A stretch of DNA of 64,000 bases from an uncultured Candidatus Saccharibacteria bacterium (GCA_964627095.1 CAZVKH010000001.1:8451-72450), one strand, 5' to 3'. Positions 1 to 9,023 are shown, numbered from the stretch's first letter. Program-made: numbers and translations. The notes: generated from the sequence alone by a model not told the origin.

Positions 1-849
1 AGACCTGTCGTACTGTATGAATCAGGCGATACTACTACCGAAAACATCTTAATGGCCGCTGCTTGTACACCTGGTGAAACCGTAATCAAGATGGCCAGCG
101 CCAACTACATGGTGCAAGACTTGTGTTTTTACTTGCAAAAAATGGGCGTCAAAATTAGCGGCATCGGTAGTAGCACCTTGCGCGTTCAAGGCTTGAAAGA
201 AATAAAAAAGAATGTCACTTACGCCCCCAGCGAAGACCCGGTTGAAGCCATGACTTTTGTGGCCGCCGCCATTACAACCGACTCCGAAATCACCATCAAA
301 AGAGTGCCGATAGAATTTATGGAATTAGAGTTATTGAAGCTGGAAAAGATGGGCCTTAACTATGTCATGACCAAGACCTACAAAGCCGAGAACGGCCAGA
401 CCGACCTAGTTGACCTAACCATCAAGAAGCACAATGGCAGCCTGATTGCCCCGCACGACAAGATTCACCCCAACATCTTCCCAGGCCTGAATATTGATCA
501 CCTGCCCTACTTTGTGCCCATCGCCGCCGTAGCCAAAGGTCGCACCCTGATTCACGACTGGGTTTACGAAGACCGCGCCCTGATGTATACCGAAATGAAA
601 AAAATTGGCGTCAGCGTCGAGCTAGCCGATCCGCACCGAGTTTATATAGAAGGTCCGACCCGCTTTAAGGCAGCCGACTTAGTTTGCCCCAGCGGTATTC
701 GCCCGGCCGTTATGATTTTGATTGGCATGTTGGCGGCTCCCGGTAACTCGATGCTACGTAACGTCTACACCATCAACCGTGGTTACGAAGATTTGGCCGA
801 TCGTCTGAATTCTTTAGGCGCCAAAATCACCGTTCTACACGAGCTATAG
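1..849 (+). CDS. murA: UDP-N-acetylglucosamine 1-carboxyvinyltransferase, C-terminal part (5' end lies outside the window)
   Basis: Frame 1 is open from nt 1. The translation (...VLYESGDTTTENILMAAACTPGETVIKMAS ... LIGMLAAPGNSMLRNVYTINRGYEDLADRLNSLGAKITVLHEL) matches the conserved MurA C-terminal domain. Confidence 0.85.
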   Translation, partial: RPVVLYESGDTTTENILMAAACTPGETVIKMASANYMVQDLCFYLQKMGVKISGIGSSTLRVQGLKEIKKNVTYAPSEDPVEAMTFVAAAITTDSEITIKRVPIEFMELELLKLEKMGLNYVMTKTYKAENGQTDLVDLTIKKHNGSLIAPHDKIHPNIFPGLNIDHLPYFVPIAAVAKGRTLIHDWVYEDRALMYTEMKKIGVSVELADPHRVYIEGPTRFKAADLVCPSGIRPAVMILIGMLAAPGNSMLRNVYTINRGYEDLADRLNSLGAKITVLHEL

Positions 850-850
850 A

Positions 851-877
851 AAAAGACACCTTTGAAGGTGTCTTGAT
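851..877. terminator. Bidirectional hairpin (AGACACCTT-TGA-AAGGTGTCT) between murA (+) and the tRNA-His/Arg/Gly cluster (-)
   Basis: A 9-bp perfect inverted repeat sits immediately after the murA stop and 3' of tRNA-His on the other strand. Flanking A/T runs are weak. Confidence 0.45.
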
Positions 878-883
878 AATTCT

Positions 884-961
884 TGGGGCGAATGATGGGG
901 ATCGAACCCACTACCTCCGGAACCACAACCCGGCGCTCTAACCAGATGAGCTACATTCGCC
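884..961 (-). tRNA. tRNA-His (anticodon GTG) with encoded G-1 and encoded CCA
   Basis: Manual cloverleaf fold: 8-bp acceptor stem (G-1:C73), D arm GCTC/GAGC, anticodon loop TTGTGGT, T arm GTGGG-TTCGATC-CCCAT, 3' CCA. Confidence 0.85.
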
Positions 962-1011
962 TTAAACAGGGGTGATTATAGCGCATTAGCGGCATAACAA
1001 CAAGCTGTACA

Positions 1012-1088
1012 TGGTGCCCCGGGTAGGACTCGAACCTACGGCCTTGAGCTTAGAAGTCTCCTGCTCTATCCAACTGAGCTACCAGGGC
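1012..1088 (-). tRNA. tRNA-Arg (anticodon TCT); anticodon stem contains two mismatches
   Basis: Acceptor GCCCTGG/CCGGGGC, D arm GCTC-AGTTGGATA-GAGC, anticodon loop CTTCTAA (identical to the E. coli Arg-UCU loop), T arm GTAGG-TTCGAGT-CCTAC, CCA encoded. The anticodon stem GGAGA/GCTCA has G:A and A:G mismatches at its ends. Confidence 0.65.
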
Positions 1089-1096
1089 ACATATGA

Positions 1097-1171
1097 TGGT
1101 GCGGGATACCGGAGTCGAACCGGTGTCCAAAGTTTGGAAAACTTTTATATTAACCGCTATACGAATCCCGC
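1097..1171 (-). tRNA. tRNA-Gly (anticodon TCC)
   Basis: Acceptor GCGGGAT/ATCCCGC, D arm GTAT/ATAT, anticodon stem AAAGT/ACTTT with loop TTTCCAA, T arm ACCGG-TTCGACT-CCGGT, CCA encoded. Confidence 0.85.
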
Positions 1172-1200
1172 CTAATCAGGGCTATTATACCAGAGATGAA

Positions 1201-3627
1201 CTAACCTCGCTCGTCGAGCGTAGCTAACAATTCGGGGGCATCCAGCAACAGTACCTGCCCTGGGCTGGCCGTACCGGCTAGCAGCCGTTGCGCCACGACG
1301 TTTTCTACCGACCGCTGCACAACTCGGCGCAAGGGTCGGGCACCCAAACGGGGGTCATAACCTTTGTCTACAAGTAGCGCCTTGGCGGCATCGGTCAGGC
1401 TAACCGAAATTTTACGGCTTGCCAGAGTCTTATTAATACTGCCCATTAACAGGTCGACCACTTGCATCAGTTCTGGCTTAGTAAGTGGACGGAATAATAT
1501 AATCTCATCAAAACGGTTAATGAACTCAGGACGGAAGACGTTAGCATTGATAAGCTCGTTGACCAGCTCGTCTTCGAACTGCTCGAGCTGCTGGCCCTGG
1601 TCTATGCGCGCCCGAATATTCTCGGCGCCGGCGTTACTGGTGGCAATAATAATTGAGTCTCTAAAACTGATCGGTTTATTCTGTGAATCACGCAACATAC
1701 CTTCGTCGAGTAATTGCAGAAGCAGGTTCAGTACGTTGGGGTGGGCCTTTTCAATTTCATCAAATAAGACCACACTAAAGGGTTGTTTGGCAATTTGGGC
1801 ACATAGACTATAGGGGTCGGTGGCGCCGGTCGCCAGCAATCGGTTGGTGTCGTCGGGGTGCGAAAACTCATTAAGGTCAATTCGCACAATGCGGTCTTGA
1901 CCACCAAAATAGACATCGGCTAACGCCTTAGAAAGCTCGGTTTTTCCAACCCCGGTTGGGCCCAAGAACAAGAAAGTACCAATCGGCTTCTTTTCGTTAC
2001 CAACGCCAGTGCGGGCGCGTCTTAAAGCATCGCTCACCAGCTTAACGGCGCGCGTTTGGTTGATCATTCGTTGGTGAATCTTGGCCTCTAAGTTCAAAAG
2101 GGTATCTTTTTCTTCAAAGGTATCGGCTGTCTGGACCTTAATATCGAAGGATTTTTCGACACCCTGCTGAACTGAGCGGGCCGTAACAAAATGCTGCTGC
2201 TCCGGAAAGCCACAGGCTACATCAAGCAGCTTGAGTGCCTTACCAGGGAAGGCCTGCTCATGGATGTAGCGTTCGGCTAACTTGTAGGCCTCTTTAATGG
2301 CTTGATTCATTAGCACGACGCCATGTTTACCTTCGATAATTAATGTTTGATCTTCGATTACCTGAATAGTCTCTTCTTCGTTCAGCGGATTGACCACCAC
2401 TCGGTTTAGCGACTGGGTAAAGCCTGGGCTGGTTTGGGCAATCCTTAGCCATTCCTGATTGTCTAATGCCAATATAATCTTAAGGGCACCGCCTTCTAGA
2501 ACTGGCATCAGTACGCTGGACAAGTCCACAGAACCAGTACCTTCCCTTAGGAATAGCTGGGCTTCATCCAAGAACAAGACAACGTTCTTGGCGTGAATCG
2601 CTTCGTTAAAAATATGGATTAATAGTTCTTCAAGCTCACCCTTACCCTTGGCATTAGCGATCAGGTGTGATGCATTCAGCTCAATTACCTGCTGGTAACG
2701 CAAGTTCTGGGGAACATTTTTGGAATCTTGCAGAAGCCGCTGGGCCATGGTGTAGACCAGGGTTGTTTTTCCAACCCCAACATCACCCACCAAGACAGCG
2801 TTACGGCGACCAGGTTGAGCTAGTAAATGGATAATCTGATCAATTGTTTGGGCACGGCTATCGACTGGACGACGCAAGATGCCACCAGATTGCAAACCGT
2901 TGGTTATATTAAAGCCAACGTGGTTCAAAACTGGTGCCCAACCAAAACTAAGATCGCGGCCGACACCCCCGTAATGCCGCTTTTCGCGTTGGCGGTCGCG
3001 CATCATCCGCATATGATGACGCCAACTTACACCTCCCAGCACATCGTCACTATCAAGCTGTAGCTGAGCCAGGTGATGCTCATAGTGCGGTATCGACATT
3101 ACCAACCCAGCCACCAGAACAGCCGAATCGATCCGATCACTCGAAGTTGCCCGCGCAACATTAAGAGCAGTCTGCCAAACAACCGATTCTTGGGAACTCT
3201 CGGTCGATGACAGATTCTGCAAAAACTCCGGACCAATCGCAAAACGGGACCCGTAGAAATAGGCGCCCTGTTCATTGGCGACAAGTTTAGCCAGTGCCTG
3301 CGGTGACATATTGGGCTGCATCTTGGCCAATAGGCGCCGGCTAAGGACATCACTGACATCGCTGACAGTTTCGATTGACGATATCGGCGGCAAGTCCTTA
3401 AGCTCGCCGTAGTACCAAAAAAGCGGCATGGCTAGAGTGCCACTTAGGGCAAATAGTATATGGGCAATCATCTGCTGCTCAAAAAACACCCCCCAGAACC
3501 AAAAGAATAATGACAATACCACCGCCAACCAAGTGATTAGCCGCACAGATTGGTTATCTAAAATCTTTCCAAAGCGGGCTTTGGTGGCACGTGGACTTTG
3601 CAAATTGCAGTGAATCGGTGGGTTCAT
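1201..3627 (-). CDS. Membrane-anchored Clp/Hsp100-family double AAA+ ATPase (ClpA/ClpC-like, no M-domain, no IGF/IGL ClpP loop seen)
   Basis: 808 aa. Two N-terminal hydrophobic helices, then two Clp_N-like repeats. AAA1 has Walker A GDVGVGKT and Walker B VVLFLDEA. AAA2 has GPTGVGKT, VVLFDEIEKA and sensor IIATSN. C-terminal ...GARPLRRVVQRSVENVVAQRLL is typical of the Clp D2 small domain. The ATG overlaps the stop of the upstream gene (ATGA). Confidence 0.8.
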   Translation of the reverse strand: MNPPIHCNLQSPRATKARFGKILDNQSVRLITWLAVVLSLFFWFWGVFFEQQMIAHILFALSGTLAMPLFWYYGELKDLPPISSIETVSDVSDVLSRRLLAKMQPNMSPQALAKLVANEQGAYFYGSRFAIGPEFLQNLSSTESSQESVVWQTALNVARATSSDRIDSAVLVAGLVMSIPHYEHHLAQLQLDSDDVLGGVSWRHHMRMMRDRQREKRHYGGVGRDLSFGWAPVLNHVGFNITNGLQSGGILRRPVDSRAQTIDQIIHLLAQPGRRNAVLVGDVGVGKTTLVYTMAQRLLQDSKNVPQNLRYQQVIELNASHLIANAKGKGELEELLIHIFNEAIHAKNVVLFLDEAQLFLREGTGSVDLSSVLMPVLEGGALKIILALDNQEWLRIAQTSPGFTQSLNRVVVNPLNEEETIQVIEDQTLIIEGKHGVVLMNQAIKEAYKLAERYIHEQAFPGKALKLLDVACGFPEQQHFVTARSVQQGVEKSFDIKVQTADTFEEKDTLLNLEAKIHQRMINQTRAVKLVSDALRRARTGVGNEKKPIGTFLFLGPTGVGKTELSKALADVYFGGQDRIVRIDLNEFSHPDDTNRLLATGATDPYSLCAQIAKQPFSVVLFDEIEKAHPNVLNLLLQLLDEGMLRDSQNKPISFRDSIIIATSNAGAENIRARIDQGQQLEQFEDELVNELINANVFRPEFINRFDEIILFRPLTKPELMQVVDLLMGSINKTLASRKISVSLTDAAKALLVDKGYDPRLGARPLRRVVQRSVENVVAQRLLAGTASPGQVLLLDAPELLATLDERG

Positions 3628-3998
3628 TTACCTACCCCTACTACCATCATTACCAAGCTAATCGGGAAGGCGAATGGTGCCAACGGCCACAAAGCAATAA
3701 AGATAACCCCGCTCAAAAATGCCAATAAGGCTACAAATAAACCTGTGAAGATGATGAAGCTGCGCGCAAAAAACCCGACAAAGCGTGAGATAACGTTATC
3801 CAAAAGAGCGTGCATCTGTACATCAATCGACCCACCGGCTTGGCTATAAGTTTGCTTAAAGGGCGAGAACCAAGTTTGTGCCAACGCTAAAATCGAAAAG
3901 GTTTCGTTGCACCACTTGAGCCTATCAACAATCGCTTTTTGCATCGCCCATTGCCAACCAGCACCGTACCACCAGCGGAGTCCAAGAAGAATGACCAT
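3624..3998 (-). CDS. Small integral membrane protein, translationally coupled to the Clp-like ATPase (start uncertain: GTG at 4094 or ATG at 3998/3944)
   Basis: Hydrophobic C-terminal half (…FIIFTGLFVALLAFLSGVIFIALWPLAPFAFPISLVMMVVGVGK). Its TGA stop at 3624-3626 overlaps the ATG of the ATPase at 3625-3627. The start called at 4094 is GTG and would overlap the divergent ATPase gene. Confidence 0.45.
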   Translation of the reverse strand: MVILLGLRWWYGAGWQWAMQKAIVDRLKWCNETFSILALAQTWFSPFKQTYSQAGGSIDVQMHALLDNVISRFVGFFARSFIIFTGLFVALLAFLSGVIFIALWPLAPFAFPISLVMMVVGVGK

Positions 3999-4055
3999 AA
4001 CCAGTATTGTATCAGATAGCGCCAGAGAGCACACTTCTTGATATACTATAGGAAC

Positions 4056-5894
4056 ATGAAAAAACTTATCCACTATTTCAAGACTTACAAACACTTGGGC
4101 ATCGTCATCCTAGCCATAATTATGGCCGGAGCACTCGACCTAGGTGGCTACGAACGCTATGCCAACATTGTTTTAGGCGTAACCGCTTCGTTATCGGTTA
4201 TTCCATTACTCCTAGGCATGGTTCAAGACTTACGGGACGGCCAGTACGGTGTTGATATCCTTGCCGCCACCGCCATCATTTCTTCGGTGGCTCTGGGTGA
4301 ATACTGGGCCGGTATTGTTGTCGTATTAATGTTAACTGGTGGTGAATCGCTCGAAGATTACGCCGAACACCGGGCTAAGACCGAACTCGATGCCTTGCTC
4401 AGCCGAGCACCAAAGAAAGCTCACATTCTAAAAGGCAATAAGGTTACTGATGTGCTGGCCAGCAAGGTTCAGACCAACGACAAGCTTATTATTAAGCCCG
4501 GTGAGTTGGTGCCAGTCGATGCCGTTGTCATCGAAGGTCATGCCAGTCTTGACGAATCTAGCCTAACCGGTGAAAGCTTGCCGGTCGAAAAACACGCTGG
4601 CGATGAGCTACTCAGTGGTTCGGTTAACCTGGATGGCGTTCTGACCGTTAAAGCACTGCGACCGGCCGCCGACAGTCAGTACGAACAAATCATTAAGCTG
4701 GTGCGCGGTGCAGCCAGTAACCAATCACCATTTGTACGCCTGGCCGATAAATATAGTATTCCCTTCACGATTGTTGCCTACACCATCGCTATTAGCGTCT
4801 GGGTGGCTTCAGGTGACCCAATTAGATTTTTGCAAGTAATTATTGTCGCCACCCCTTGCCCACTATTACTAGCGGCGCCAATCGCATTAATATCCGGAAT
4901 GAGCCGAGCAGCGCGTCACGGTATTATAATTAAAACTGGCTCGGCCTTAGAAAAACTGGCTCAAGTAAAAACTATTGCCCTCGACAAAACCGGTACGTTA
5001 ACGGTAGGTAAGCCAGTTGTTGGTTCGATCAAGACTTTCAATAAACATAGTCAAAATAGTGTCCTGTCAGCAGCGGCCAGCCTTGAACAGGATTCAAACC
5101 ACATTTTAGCCAAGGCCGTTGTTGCCAAAGCCAACCAGGCAAACATTAAGACCTCTAAGGTAAAGAGCCTGCGTGAAGAAGCTGGTTACGGGTTAAGCGG
5201 CCTGGTTAACCGACAGCCTGTTTTAGTTGGCAATGCCTCACTCTTGCTTAAGCACGACGTTGACCTACCCAAGAAACTCCAAGACATGGCGGCCACAACC
5301 GCCTTTGTCGCCATAGACGGCGTCCTGGCTGGTACAATTGAATTTACCGATGAAGTCCGCCCGGAGTCTAAGTCAACGCTTCAGAGGCTCCGTGATGCCG
5401 GTGTACAGCACATTCTTATGATCACCGGCGATAACGTTGCAAGCGCCAAAGCAATTGCCAAAAAAGTTGGCATAAAAGATGTTCGAGCCAACTGCTTACC
5501 AGCCGACAAATTAACTGCTGTCGAAAATATTACCAACCGACCAGTTGCTTTTGTGGGTGATGGCGTTAACGACGCACCAGTTCTGACAGCCTCGGATGTT
5601 GGCATTGCTCTGGGTGCACGTGGCTCAGCGGCGGCCAGTGAATCAGCTGATGTAGTAATTATGCTCGACGACTTTGGTCGAGTCGCCACATCTGTAGAAA
5701 TCGCCAAGCGCACCTTCTTTATTGCTAAGCAAAGTATCCTGATTGGCATTTTTATTAGCGTCGGCTTAATGTTAATTTTTGCCACCGGTAAATTTAAGCC
5801 TATTTATGGTGCTGCTCTGCAAGAAGTCGTTGACGTGGCGGTTATCTTTAATGCCTTACGTGCCCACGGTTCTTGGCGCAAAAAAACTAGCTAG
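4056..5894 (+). CDS. P1B-type heavy-metal-translocating P-type ATPase lacking an N-terminal metal-binding domain
   Basis: Motifs TGES (actuator), TPCPLL (TM6 PCP/CPx-like), DKTGTLT (phosphorylation site), GDGVNDAP (hinge), SNHILA (HP-like). The ORF-track start at 4038 is TTG. ATG at 4056 is preceded by TAGGAA. Confidence 0.8.
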   Translation: MKKLIHYFKTYKHLGIVILAIIMAGALDLGGYERYANIVLGVTASLSVIPLLLGMVQDLRDGQYGVDILAATAIISSVALGEYWAGIVVVLMLTGGESLEDYAEHRAKTELDALLSRAPKKAHILKGNKVTDVLASKVQTNDKLIIKPGELVPVDAVVIEGHASLDESSLTGESLPVEKHAGDELLSGSVNLDGVLTVKALRPAADSQYEQIIKLVRGAASNQSPFVRLADKYSIPFTIVAYTIAISVWVASGDPIRFLQVIIVATPCPLLLAAPIALISGMSRAARHGIIIKTGSALEKLAQVKTIALDKTGTLTVGKPVVGSIKTFNKHSQNSVLSAAASLEQDSNHILAKAVVAKANQANIKTSKVKSLREEAGYGLSGLVNRQPVLVGNASLLLKHDVDLPKKLQDMAATTAFVAIDGVLAGTIEFTDEVRPESKSTLQRLRDAGVQHILMITGDNVASAKAIAKKVGIKDVRANCLPADKLTAVENITNRPVAFVGDGVNDAPVLTASDVGIALGARGSAAASESADVVIMLDDFGRVATSVEIAKRTFFIAKQSILIGIFISVGLMLIFATGKFKPIYGAALQEVVDVAVIFNALRAHGSWRKKTS

Positions 5895-6541
5895 AATAAG
5901 GCTGTCTGTAAAACTACAGTAATAAGCAGGGGTACAAACAAGTTGTCGGTTCCAGCTACGGCTAGATTCTCTATAGCGGTGGCGGCCAAGGGTAGCCAGA
6001 TAAGTAAAGGCACAAGTGGCCAGGTCAAAACAGTCCCGCTAAGTATCACTGTGCCGGTTACTATAGTTAACGATAACGTAAAGAACATCAAGGTCCCGAC
6101 CAATGTCTTGGTGTAGTTACGAATACTGTATTTATGGATAATCCCGTACTTGGTGCCTACTATCGCTGCCAGACCATCAGCCAGAGACAGATGTAAAATG
6201 GCGGCTGTAAAGACTATTGGTTCTGGTGTTAACAGAGCCGTGACGCCTATTCCAATTGGAAAAAACAACTCTCCCCAGGTGCGACGATTAACGCTGTGAA
6301 CAGCATGAAAAATATGCTGTTGCATCGATATTATAATGACAGCCAAAAAGGCCAGGCTCATAAACTCTATTTCGCGCCAGGTTAAAAAATATGGCCAAAA
6401 GGCCACAAAGGTACCAACACCAATATGCACAAACTTGCGCGCCGACTCACCGCGCATAACTTTTAGGCGCCACAGTAGCTCAGAAACTGCCAGTATCGTA
6501 AACACCCCAGTTAAAGCTAACAGGAGTGGCACGTACTGCAT
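5891..6541 (-). CDS. Polytopic membrane protein, polyprenol/dolichol-kinase (CTP-dependent, CdsA-like/DUF92) family candidate
   Basis: 216 aa, about 6 TM segments, C-terminal ...ADGLAAIVGTKYG motif reminiscent of the CTP-transferase/kinase membrane family. Last gene of the tatA-tatC operon. Confidence 0.4.
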   Translation of the reverse strand: MQYVPLLLALTGVFTILAVSELLWRLKVMRGESARKFVHIGVGTFVAFWPYFLTWREIEFMSLAFLAVIIISMQQHIFHAVHSVNRRTWGELFFPIGIGVTALLTPEPIVFTAAILHLSLADGLAAIVGTKYGIIHKYSIRNYTKTLVGTLMFFTLSLTIVTGTVILSGTVLTWPLVPLLIWLPLAATAIENLAVAGTDNLFVPLLITVVLQTALF

Positions 6542-7516
6542 CTACTTATTGGGCCTAAGATCTAGGAAGTTAGCGCTTTGTAAGTTCTGTAACTGGCGTG
6601 GTGCAATGTCGAAGGTTGGTCGCTTAACATGAGTTGCAACCGAACGTCTCTGCAAGACTGGCTCAATAAAGGCCGGGCGGGGTGCTGGCTGCGGTGACAC
6701 CTTGGGGGCCGGTGGCAACTGTGATGGGTGTTTTCGGCGCTGTTCTTTGGCAGCAGCCTGTGCAGCGGCATACTTTTTGGCCGCCTTGGCCCGGCGATTT
6801 GCTTTTCGGTTAGCTAGATACACAAAGAATACCGACAAGTTATACAGCAGTATTATCGGTAGAGCGATTAGGAATTGCGTTAGTGGGTCGTAGGTAAATG
6901 GCAAAACCAGGGCCAGGGCCAAACTGCCGACAATAACGTGGCGCTCGTACTTAAGCAGCTTGCGCGGTGACATCGGCTTGATGTGGTTGATGAACAAAAT
7001 AAGCAAAGGCAACTGGAACAGTAATATAAACGTCAGTATGCAAGCCAGTGCGAAGTTAAGGTAGTCGTCGGCTGATATAAGCGGATTAACACCTGTGATT
7101 TCGACACCCTGAAAGAAATGCAAGGACATTGGTAAGGCGCCAAAATATGCAAAGGCGGCGCCGGCTACTCCTAGGGTCAAGGAAAGAAGCGTCACCATGG
7201 TAATAAGGCGGCGGGTGATTTTTTTACCAACAGCTGGTTCAATAAACGATATTATATTGTAGATTAGAGCCGGTATAGCCAGGGTTATGCCCAGGATAAA
7301 GCAGATCTTCATAATAAAGTTGAACCCACCAGCCGGCGTGGTGTAGTAAAGCTGCTGGTTGAGCGGGGCCGTCATAAAGACGATTAGCTGATCATGAAAC
7401 ATATAGGCCACACCGGCACCCACTAGCAATAGCAATGCTGGCCAGGTCAGCCGGCGACGCAGTTCCTGGACATGTCCAGAAAAAGTTAGCTTTGGTTCCA
7501 TGATCTGCCCATCCAT
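6542..7516 (-). CDS. tatC: Sec-independent protein translocase TatC (with basic/Pro-rich C-terminal tail)
   Basis: N-terminal LTFSGHVQELRRRL motif, six predicted TM helices, TatC-like topology. Confidence 0.85.
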   Translation of the reverse strand: MDGQIMEPKLTFSGHVQELRRRLTWPALLLLVGAGVAYMFHDQLIVFMTAPLNQQLYYTTPAGGFNFIMKICFILGITLAIPALIYNIISFIEPAVGKKITRRLITMVTLLSLTLGVAGAAFAYFGALPMSLHFFQGVEITGVNPLISADDYLNFALACILTFILLFQLPLLILFINHIKPMSPRKLLKYERHVIVGSLALALVLPFTYDPLTQFLIALPIILLYNLSVFFVYLANRKANRRAKAAKKYAAAQAAAKEQRRKHPSQLPPAPKVSPQPAPRPAFIEPVLQRRSVATHVKRPTFDIAPRQLQNLQSANFLDLRPNK

Positions 7517-7543
7517 CTCGAAGACCTCTCGTTTAGTTATGGA

Positions 7544-7726
7544 CTAGGCTTTTTTGGTGGCTTTTGACTTAGTAGCAGGCTCTGGTTCGTCGGCATCTGC
7601 AAAACCTTTGCGGATTTCTTTAGCCGACTGACCGACACTGCGTGCTAGTTCTGGTAGCTTTTTAGCACCAAACAGCAACAAAACAATCAATAAAACGATA
7701 ATTAATTCGTCTGTTTTTCCAAACAT
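7544..7726 (-). CDS. tatA: Twin-arginine translocase subunit TatA/E
   Basis: 60 aa: N-terminal TM helix ELIIVLLIVLLLFGAKKLPELARSVGQSAKEIRKG, then an acidic/basic tail. Confidence 0.85.
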   Translation of the reverse strand: MFGKTDELIIVLLIVLLLFGAKKLPELARSVGQSAKEIRKGFADADEPEPATKSKATKKA

Positions 7727-7799
7727 TCTTGTTGACCCTCCAAGAGTTATTATTTACAAGCATAATCATAGCAGGATTATGCTACTAAATAAAGCGTGA

Positions 7800-7991
7800 C
7801 TAAGAGCCTAAGATACTGCTTTTGACAGGGTTGCCGCCATAAGCCGACGAACCATAACCACTGGCCGCGCCCCGGCTCTGTTGACTGCTAGAGGTTGCGC
7901 CATGGTGCAATAAAGCCTTGATCATACCACTCACCCCGATTGCTGCTAAAAAGCCAGCACCAATATAACCAAGGAACTCTTTGCGGTCCAT
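7800..7991 (-). CDS. Small protein with a Tat-type (RK variant) signal peptide, first gene of the tat operon
   Basis: MDRKEFLGYIGAGFLAAIGVSGMIKALL… followed by a Gly/Ser-rich tail. ATG at 7991 is preceded by GAAAAGGAAA (Shine-Dalgarno). The longer ORF-track start at 8027 has no Shine-Dalgarno. Confidence 0.45.
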   Translation of the reverse strand: MDRKEFLGYIGAGFLAAIGVSGMIKALLHHGATSSSQQSRGAASGYGSSAYGGNPVKSSILGS

Positions 7992-8234
7992 TTCCTTTTC
8001 AAAAATTGCTTGTATGTGTTTATGCATATTTATTGTTTATTTAGTATTACTTAGGTTCATATTAGTGGTAATGGTTAGCCGATGTCAAGTAGTTTATGGT
8101 TATTTTGACAACTTCTTGCGGCGACGGTTTTTGAGCCATATATATAGAACTGTTAGGTTGTACAAAACTAAGGCGACAATTATTACTGTAAGCATGGTTC
8201 TATCATGATATAATTCCCCTTAAGTATACAGCTT

Positions 8235-8723
8235 ATGATTTATATACAACACACATTCAAGATGTTTATGGGCAAAGTTTCGGCCTCTATTGTGGTGTTT
8301 TTGTTTGTTGCTGGGATGGTTCTTACGCCGGCTTCTGCTTTGGCAGCCACTCCCGACTATAGTTGCGGGGCTTACGGTGGCAACGACTATAACAGTAACT
8401 GTCCAACCGACCCTAGTACCCCTAGCTCAAGTAGCAGTTCCTCTAGCAGCTCGACTGGCAGTAGTTCTAGCGACGGAGCGGCGGCCGACACGCCGACAAC
8501 TTCGGATACTACAACTACAACCGACGACAGCACCGCTATCGATACAAACGACAAAAGTTCTTCTACCACCAAGACAGCTGCCGAAGAAGAAGCTGGTACG
8601 TCTAATAGCAGCCGCTGGCTTTTGTTCGGCTTCTCGCTCTTTCTGCTCCTGCTAGCTCTATGGCTGATCTTCTTCTTGCTCAAGCGCCGCAAGCGCCAGC
8701 AAGAAGACAAACCAATGTTCTAG
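8235..8723 (+). CDS. Secreted Ser/Thr-rich low-complexity surface protein with C-terminal TM anchor and basic tail
   Basis: Signal peptide (…VVFLFVAGMVLTPASALA), poly-Ser/Thr linker, C-terminal hydrophobic segment plus KRRKRQQ (cell-surface anchoring architecture without LPXTG). Confidence 0.5.
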   Translation: MIYIQHTFKMFMGKVSASIVVFLFVAGMVLTPASALAATPDYSCGAYGGNDYNSNCPTDPSTPSSSSSSSSSSTGSSSSDGAAADTPTTSDTTTTTDDSTAIDTNDKSSSTTKTAAEEEAGTSNSSRWLLFGFSLFLLLLALWLIFFLLKRRKRQQEDKPMF

Positions 8724-8992
8724 ACGGTCGGCTGGCCGGACGTGAGCTGAGGCTGTTCAACGATTCTATCTATGCCTAGGTCCGGCATCATGTACGATAG
8801 TTCGTCTCGTGCAGTCGGTGGTAGATCTGGGCTAACTTGGGCCACAACCGCTAGGCCATCGTCGCTACGGTCGACGACAACTCTTACAGCACTAGATATA
8901 GCAGGCATTAGATCCCAAAGATCACACTCAGCTGTAACACGGGCTTGCTGGAAGGCCTCATACTCTTGATTAGTGATTCTTCGTTTTGACAT
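8720..8992 (-). CDS. Hypothetical protein (90 aa), leaderless, downstream of a TCATGCTTGCA-type promoter
   Basis: ATG at 8992. -10 TAAGAT and -35 TTGCAT lie directly upstream. No known domain recognised. Confidence 0.4.
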   Translation of the reverse strand: MSKRRITNQEYEAFQQARVTAECDLWDLMPAISSAVRVVVDRSDDGLAVVAQVSPDLPPTARDELSYMMPDLGIDRIVEQPQLTSGQPTV

Positions 8993-9023
8993 ACCAAAAA
9001 TCTTACAGCTACTCTGTTAGATA

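Noticed and set aside
4038-4094. Apparent 57-nt overlap of divergent gene starts (P-type ATPase versus small membrane protein)
   Set aside because: Both ORF-track starts are non-ATG (TTG and GTG). The ATPase ATG at 4056 has a Shine-Dalgarno and the membrane protein has internal ATGs. So the overlap is probably an artefact of longest-ORF calling.
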